NCBI GenBank assembly: GCA_002256025.1
Contig: NKIB01010963.1
Coordinates: 1-64,000, forward strand
Source: Asterionella formosa
Lineage: Eukaryota
DNA length: 64,000 nucleotides
Direction of reading: 5' to 3'
Translations under genes and position numbers: made by a program
Notes under the pieces: generated by a model
What the model was told of the DNA's origin: nothing
The model's database searches: none
The model's input: only the letters and a program-made list of their open reading frames with translations
Part shown: in pieces, positions 58,303 to 64,000 of the stretch
How the letters are laid out: every line of letters begins with the position of its first letter
How positions within the stretch are numbered: the stretch's first letter is position 1

Positions 58303-60655
58303 ATGGGATCGTTAGGACCGAAGGAGATCTATTTGATCTTCTACAATGCCGCCTGCTGCGTTGGATGGGCCTACGTCCTGGCCATGGCCGTCCAGGCTCT
58401 CGTCAAGGGGATTCCCGAAGACGGTGTGTCTGAGGCGCTCGCAGGCATCTTCGGCTTGAAAGACATGGAAAATATCTTGACTCTCGTTCAGTCGGCTGCG
58501 CTGATGGAGATTGTCCATGCTGCTATCGGATTGGTTCGTAGTCCTGTCGTTGTTACTGCGATGCAAGTTAGCAGTCGAATCTTTGCTCTAGTGGCCGTCA
58601 AGTACGCTCCAACATCCCAGGGTAAGTACTGTTTTCTAATCAAACCGTCTCAATACATATTCACTCCTCAAATAGAATGCATTTCTTACATAACTGTTTC
58701 TTCCATTTCAATTCGTTTCAGTGCAATGGGGTGCTGGCCTTATGATCACTTCATGGGCTTTGGTTGAGGTTCCGCGATACATGTTCTACGTTTTTGCCAT
58801 CATCTCGGGCGATGCTACCAAGAAGACGCCTTACCCTCTCTTCTGGCTTCGCTACTCCTTGTTTGCCATATTGTACCCGACAGGAATTACTGGAGAGTTG
58901 ACCGTCTTTTTAGCAGCTGGCAAGGACGCCGCCTTTGCCGAATCCATTGGAGCCGCCTTGGCAGCTGCTTTCTATTCATGGGGCCTTCCTGCCATTTATG
59001 TCCTTGGGGCTCCCTTTATGCTCATGAACATGTCTGGCAACCGAAAGAAGGCAATGAAGAATCGCTTTGCTAGGCCTCCTCCACCACCTCGTGGATTGGT
59101 ATGGCCACTGGATGAAAAGGGTGAACGCTCGTCCACAGAAGTCAATAAGGCTATTTTTGCGGCTGCCCTTGGAGCCGTTAGCCCTGAAAAAGAACTGAAA
59201 GTTAAGAAGAGCAGAAGCTGGCGTTTTGGGTATGTCAACCATATGGTTGGTATGCTGGAGGAGCAATGTAAATCACCCAAGGCTGCTCTTGCTGTTGCCC
59301 AAGCTGGTTTAGACAAAGCATACGACCTATTTCAGTTTGTGGCACCCGATGGTTCTAGTGTGAGCTTAAAAGAGGCCATGTCAGCCAAGAACTCGGACAA
59401 GTTCTGTACCGGTTTTATCAAGGGTGAAGGTGCAGCGGGGAAGAAGGTGCTTGAGGTCCCATACAAGGGTCAAAATCTTTCCGGGCAAGCCTTGAAAGAT
59501 CAGGTTCAAAAATGGGTTGATTATGGCACAATTGAACCAAGCGCTGGAGAAGCTATTCAGAAATGCGTTGACAACCCCGAATGGCTTGACTTGTCTGGTC
59601 GATACTTCGTTTTGTTGGGAGCTGGTTCCGCCATGGGGCCTTTCCTCGTTCTCATGGCACTGGGTGCCAACGTTGTCGCTATTGATTTGGACCGTTCTGG
59701 TATTTGGAAACGGCTAATTGAAATCGCCAAGAAATCATCCGGTTCCATCACCTTCCCTATGAAAAAAGAACAAAAATCTTGCAAAGACGATGAAGATCTC
59801 TATGCAAATGCTGGGTCCAACCTCTTCACGGAGACTCCTATGATTAGAGATTGGCTTTTGGATGTTTATCCAGGAAAACCATTGACCGTTGGGAGTTATG
59901 CTTACCTGGATGGTGCACTTCACGTACAAGTGTCCCTTGCTATGGATGCGATTTGTAAGGATCTCAGCGAGCAACGAAATGCTAGTCTGGCTTATCTTTG
60001 TACTCCTACTGATCTGCATTTGATTCCGAAGGAGGCCCACGATGTCAGCGCTGAACATTACAAGGAGTATTCCAAAAAGCTATACTGCATTGTTCTTGGT
60101 TTGTTGGGCAATGGCAAATTCTTGCGCAAAAATGCAAGAAAACCTGTGTCAGGTGAAGGAGGCGACTTTTATTTTGTCAACGGCGTGAGTGTTGCTCAAG
60201 GTCCAAACTATGCATTGGCTAAGCGCATGCAGCACTGGCGTGCTATTATCGCTCGAAGCAAGGGCTCCATTGTTTCCTCAAATATCGCCCCTGCTACCTC
60301 GACTGTTTCTGTCGTTCACAACAGAACGTTCGCCTGGGCCTATGAGGGTATGCCTTACTTCAAACCATACGAGATTTTTGCTCCCGAGACATCGAACGCA
60401 GTTATGTCTGCTCTGTTGCTCTTCGACTTGAACGATCCAAGTAGTGCTGGAAACCCAAAGACAAAACTCAGCAACCCCAACCAGCTATTCCAATGGGGAT
60501 CATTCAACGGCGGCAATTGGAGATGTGCCTACGAGGTTGACAGTATTGGTGAAGCCAGCGTTTTCATTTATTTCGGAAGACTAGCAATGCCGTATGTCCC
60601 TTTCGGTGTTGCAGCAGTTGCTGTTGTCACAGCGAAGGTCTTTGGAATATTTTAG
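58303..60655 (+). CDS. HACD: Very-long-chain 3-hydroxyacyl-CoA dehydratase (PTPLA/HACD/PHS1) fused to an uncharacterised Rossmann-like domain; exons 58303-58621 and 58722-60655 (750 aa)
   Basis: YLIFYN, EIVHAAIGLVRS..QVSSR, SWALVEVPRY, WLRYSLFAILYPTGITGE; GTAAGT..TTTCAG intron in frame; C-terminal FVLLGAGSAMGP..GANVVAID. Confidence 0.92.
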
Positions 60656-60958
60656 GCCCGTTTCAACAACTAATACATTTTATAACGTTTATCTCCTTAA
60701 ATGATGCCCTGGTGTACGAAACTTGTCCATGCATTCGTATTCGTATTCCTTTTATTGCATTGCTTCAATATTTCTTTCATCATCAGTCAACATAAATATT
60801 GATTACCAGGTAGTTTACCGGCCGGTTGTCAGTCTACATACCGTGGTCAAATAGGTACTAGTATATTCAATACTTTATATATCTGTATTTGTTTTCACTC
60901 CGCCACAAATTATCTCTTGGCACCTCATCATTTGCATAATTAAAATACACAGCAACCA

Positions 60959-61811
60959 ATGACCTGGATTAGCGCTTCCTTGTGGTTTTCCTACTCTGCT
61001 ATTTCTTCCTTAGCGCGACCTGCTTCATCCTATATTCAAGTTCAAACGATCTTTCGACGATCGCCACACACGATGGCAATGGCCATGGCAAAGCGAGATT
61101 CGCCGTCTGCTCAGCGCAACAAAGATCCCATCTGGGAAGTCCTTTCTAAAACGATTCTACCGATGCTGGAGATTACTAAGGAAGATTCGTTCAATATCCT
61201 TGAAATTGCCGCTGGCGCTGGGGTTCACACAGAACATTTGGCTCGCAAGCTAGTCGAGAACAACCAATCTTTTCAATGGTTTCCGACTGACCCGGAAGAT
61301 TCGTCCCTAAAGTCAATCCAAGCCTATATCCATGACTCGCAATTATCCACCCACGTTCGGGATCCACTCCAACTTACTTTAGACGAGAATGGTATCATCG
61401 AGCCTAGTACTGCCGCTGAATTGCCCGACATGGACCTTCTGATTTGCATAAACATGATTCATATTTCCCCTTGGCAAGCGACGATTGGGCTTATGAATGT
61501 AGCGGATCAAAAATTAAGAAGAGGGGCTGTTTTGTATTGTTACGGGCCCTACAAAGAAGGAGGGACAGCTGTTGAATCTAACATGTAAGTGACGATATCC
61601 TGGTTATGGCCCTGAACACTTTAACTGTGACCAATTTTTTTGTGCCCTTAATTTTAGGAGCTTCGATCGGAGCCTCCGCTCATCAGACCCCAGATGGGGG
61701 ATCCGAGACATTGAAGATGTTGTCAATCTTGCGACCAGTTACGGATTAGCTTTGGAGGCGAAGATCGAAATGCCAGCCAACAATCTTAGCTTATTGTATC
61801 GTAAGTTATAG
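60959..61811 (+). CDS. METTL26: DUF938 / METTL26-like SAM methyltransferase; exons 60959-61584 and 61658-61811
   Basis: SPSAQRNKDPI, LEIAAGAGVH, CINMIHISPW, YGPY; exon 2 by manual translation FDRSLRSSDPRWGIRDIE..EMPANNL. Confidence 0.93.
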
Positions 61812-62197
61812 ACTCGCCTTTCTGATTCCTAGAAAAGTCCTTTGCAACTACCACACTTTTACTTGGATGTTGTCAAGGGCAGAAACATGCGTTTCTATCG
61901 GAAATCACGGAATTAGTGTCGCAAATACCAATTCATTTAACAACACCGCGCCAAGCGTCCACCTTTCTTCTTGTCACCTTCACCTTTTCGGGTTCAGTGG
62001 TAAAGGAAGGTTGGCGTCGATGCTAGACAATGTGGTCGAAATAAGATAGTCTGTTTGCTTCCCTCGTTTTTTTGCCTACTACTACACACTTAAAGTCAAC
62101 AATGTCGTCGGAGAATAAGAAACTGGCAATACTATTTCCTTTGAGGTAGGTAATAGTAAACATTATTTGACAGACGATCATGGTTATAGAAGCTGAT

Positions 62198-63953
62198 TTA
62201 CTCAACGTTGGTCGTTGACAAAATCGTAGGAATCACGCGCATCTTTTTCTTTGGTTGAAGCACATTTACCTTGTGCTCACGCTCAATCTTGTTTTCCACC
62301 GTGATGACGTCCGGAGGCGCAATATAGTCCACAGGCTTCTTCGGAGATGGCGAGATGGTAGCCGTGGAAATGAGGGTAGGAACCACTCGCTTCCTTTTAG
62401 GAGCCTCGACCTCGTTTGGGGTCGCGCTACTTACTTCCAAAGGAGCACAAGTAGAAGTGGTGGGAACAGTTTCAATCAAGTTTGCTTGGACAAGATCTTC
62501 CACAGGAGAAGCCCGAGGTGGTGTGTACACTGTTCCGAGCTCGCCTTCCTTGAAGCTGATAATAGAGATGTATCCATCTGCACTAGATACCAATAGAGTT
62601 TGCCCATCCGAGGTCCACGTAGCATCTGTCAAACCAGCATAATGCAGCCCGCGAACCAAACAAAGTGGCTTGCCATGATATGTATCGTAAATCAAGACAG
62701 AATTTTCGGTCAAGACGGCAAACATGGATCGATAAGGGAGGCCATTGTGTTTATTGCTTAAGCAAGACATTGGCAACTCGAACAATAATGGGTTGGGGCA
62801 GATGACACGCGATGGCTGAGAATGGAAAGAGTTAGCTGTAATTCAATCAATAGCAAACATGAAATCAATCAAATAAAGCATTGCATACCTTGTCCAATCC
62901 AGCGAGAATCTTGTAGGGCTTGTCGAACCGGTGGCGAGCAAAGACATATGTTGCCAACGAAGGCTCGCCTTCCCCCTTGTTGGTTTGCCACACACCAGTT
63001 GGACAAATGAGATAGGCCCCATCCGTTGTGAAACGCAAACGCCGGAAATGAGTCGAACCAGTAGCTTCGTCTGCGAAAATATGCTGTTTCTTTGGCTTTG
63101 ACTGTCCTTCCTGAGGGAGCTCCCGAAATTTCAAAAGCTTTCCTCTAACAAAATCAACCTTCCCGTCGATCAAGGTTTGCCGTAGTAGGTCCTTGTTTTC
63201 TGGTCGGAGGAGCTTCTTCTTGCCCCTAGCGGGAGGTTTGCGTTGATAGACTCGGACCGAGCGATCGCAGCTGCTACTGGCTACGTAGACGCCCTTGGGG
63301 TCGTAGGCCACGCCTTGGATGTAGTGCGTGTGGTCTCTGCAGTTCCGGTATACAACTCTCCACTGGCTCTCAGCGTCGAGCGAATCTAGTTCCCTTTGAT
63401 TGGACGTGTAATTTTCATCTTCGAATATCGAAAAGTTATGGTCAAGGCTACCAACCATAAAGCGCTTCGAATCAGCGCTCCAGTCGAGGTCGTATACACC
63501 ATCGGAAGAGCTGTTGACGACTCGGACACTCAGGTCTCCTTCCTTGTTAACGTTAGCCCAGAAATGACGACCGTTTTGATTTCCTCGCTTGGAAGGAGGC
63601 ACAGACCAGACAACAATGGATCCGCTGTCACCTGCAGTTGCGAGATGGAGACCATCCGGGCTGAATTTAATGACGTTAACAGTCGAATCGTGACGCGACA
63701 GAGTAATGAGATGTTCTGGCTTTGTTGGGCCTTTTTGCAGCAAGATACCTTTCTTGTCGTGATTGGGCCGGAATTCGACTCTCCATAGATTGATTTCGTT
63801 GTTTCCTGCCGTCGCTAGGACGTGGCCGTACTTCTTCATGTCGTCCGTGCAGAAGCCGCTCTCAATCATAGAGATAGAGTAAACCGGCGCGTTCTTGTTT
63901 TGTTCATTGTCTGAGCCATTGTGCCATAGGATTTGAGGAGTTTCGACTTTCAT
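62198..63953 (-). CDS. CHAF1B: Chromatin assembly factor 1 subunit B (WD40; Cac2/FAS2/p60); exons 63953-62889 and 62815-62198
   Basis: MKVETPQILWH, LSRHDSTVNVIKFSPDG, HTHYIQGVAYDP, FRRLRFTTDG, LPYRSMFAV, LHYAGLTDATW; GTATGC..CTCAG intron. Confidence 0.92.
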
Positions 63954-64000
63954 TATTTAACAGTGCCTGTTGTTCCTGTAATCCCTCGCTGCACCGTGTC

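Noticed and set aside
1..64000. tRNA, rRNA or other structured RNA genes
   Set aside because: None recognised by eye; tRNAscan-SE and Infernal would be needed to exclude them

Overview
Eukaryotic nuclear DNA, very probably a pennate diatom. This is inferred from GT-AG introns of about 70-100 nt, a nucleus-encoded sigma-70 factor with a bipartite plastid presequence, a CoDi-type Ty1/copia element and diatom-type SET and TPR-like families. The window alternates between transposon and pseudogene-rich stretches (about 1-15.5 kb, 17.9-22 kb, 28-48 kb) and compact gene islands. Recognisable intact genes are an NPPF-type SAM methyltransferase, a plastid sigma factor, a GNAT acetyltransferase, a UBAC2-like protein, two paralogous TPR-like proteins, a secreted SET protein, glucosidase II alpha, an HACD/PHS1 fused to an uncharacterised Rossmann-like domain, METTL26/DUF938 and CAF-1 subunit B. 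Mobile DNA includes a full-length but decayed copia element (40870-46740), a 1.03-1.05 kb TIR element in two complete copies and one partial copy, two pogo-like relics and a Crypton-like relic. The most unusual observations are: (1) two gag-only pseudogenes without pol or LTRs that share a conserved TATA/leader region; (2) pervasive intergenic arrays of a self-complementary GGTACC(A/T) heptamer; (3) the HACD-Rossmann fusion; (4) an array of 21-nt micro-exon-like units at the window start; (5) an ATG9 fragment and a truncated ARM gene between short inverted repeats. All family assignments are from motif recognition by eye. No searches were run.
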